Source: Massalongia carnosa (Eukaryota). Taken from it: 64,000 bases of DNA. Shown here in pieces: positions 63,109 through 64,000 of the stretch. How positions within the stretch are numbered: position 1 is the stretch's first letter; every line of letters begins with the position of its first letter. The notes below the pieces were generated by a model. It made no database searches, was not told the origin of the DNA, and saw nothing but the letters and a program-made list of their open reading frames with translations. The position numbers and the translations under genes were made by a program. The DNA lies in assembly GCA_965645245.1 (NCBI GenBank), contig OZ287080.1, positions 1,364,001 through 1,428,000 on the forward strand. The letters are read 5' to 3'.

Positions 63109-64000
63109 TCAGAAAAAATGTGTATACACCTTGGATTGCTCGTGGACTTCCATTTCCTGCTATCATGTCAGCTGTCATCCAGCCCGAATCTCACGAACAG
63201 GCCAGACGTACCATCTTAAATGTGTTCAACTCCTCTTTGATTTGCTGGGCAAGCATAGGGGTGAGACGGTTACAGGTTGCAATCTCGCCCCTGCGATCGT
63301 ACTCTCCGCTCGGCCAGGTGTCATGGAATTGTAAACGTGGGCTGAAGCTAATGTTACGGGCCGCAATACTCTGCGGGGTGCCTGGTACACTCTTCGATTC
63401 TCCGCTGGCATAGTTTGCCAATGAAAGGAAGTAGTCCTCGCCCTCGATGGTAACGGAGTCAGTCCTCCGATGCCCAAGACGTGGGGCTTCGTCTGACGGA
63501 GTGCTTGGCGAACTAGAACGTGGGGTGTCGGTAAATGGATTGAGCTGGGGGATGGAGATGTCGGTAGCCTTTATATCGTCCGGCTTTGTGACTGGTGAAG
63601 AGTTCCCTGATTCGGTGCCGGTACCGGTACCTACGTAGAGTCAGCGTGTGCCCGTAAATATAGCAACGGTGAATATACGTTTCAAAATGCCTTTTTTGAC
63701 TGCCGCCAAAACCTCAGCACGCTCCTTTTCTCCTCCAATGATGCTACGTCTTTGGCGAGTATTATCGTTTACAAGTTCCTGGGTGATAATCTGTGGTTCG
63801 TTGGCTAAGCTCGCCGCGTCGATCGAGTTCCGCTCCAGCTTCGGAAACCCAGTACCACCACCCGCTTTTTCGTGGGGATTGGCATTCACATTAACTTTCT
63901 CTCGCTCGGCCTCGACGGTTACCATCGAGACCTGAGCAATACTCGGTTCGGGAATGGCAGAGTCGGCAGGAGGAACTCCTACAACTGATTTGGGTCGGAA
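63109..64000 (-). CDS. BNI4-like PP1-targeting protein, 3' portion (truncated by the window end)
   Basis: KKGILK, ISFSPRLQFHDTWPSGEYDRR, RLTPMLAQQIKEELNTFKM|EMEVHEQSKVYTHFF*. Confidence 0.8.

Overview
Eukaryotic DNA from a filamentous ascomycete (short GT-AG introns with CTRAC branch sites; Pezizomycotina-type genes); the taxon is an inference. The first ~47 kb is a transposon-rich accessory-like region. It holds a decayed Helitron with a nested 169-bp solo LTR and an unusual 3.7-kb DD34E Tc1/IS630-type element with ~210-bp TIRs. That element carries an intact transposase plus a second, convergent ~730-codon cargo gene. The region also holds a mutated Tc1 relic with a nested 1-kb solo LTR, a MITE-like element, a DD37E-like deletion derivative and a Fot1/pogo element. 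Host genes interspersed here are a small secreted Cys protein, an aspartic protease, the divergent reductive iron-uptake pair fetC/ftrA with five ATCWGATAA boxes, a BTB pseudogene, a vWA protein, a frameshifted NACHT-ankyrin NLR, a CFEM protein and a 3x hevein/CBM18 protein. The right part contains housekeeping genes (RNase Z, DUS1, BNI4-like), a UBA/Myb-like hypothetical gene and a 79-aa homeodomain-only gene. The most notable signals are the two-gene long-TIR Tc1-like element, a U2-looking AT-AC intron next to the copper-binding motif of fetC, and a CpC-biased RIP-like mutation pattern. All calls are made by eye from motifs; no database searches were run.
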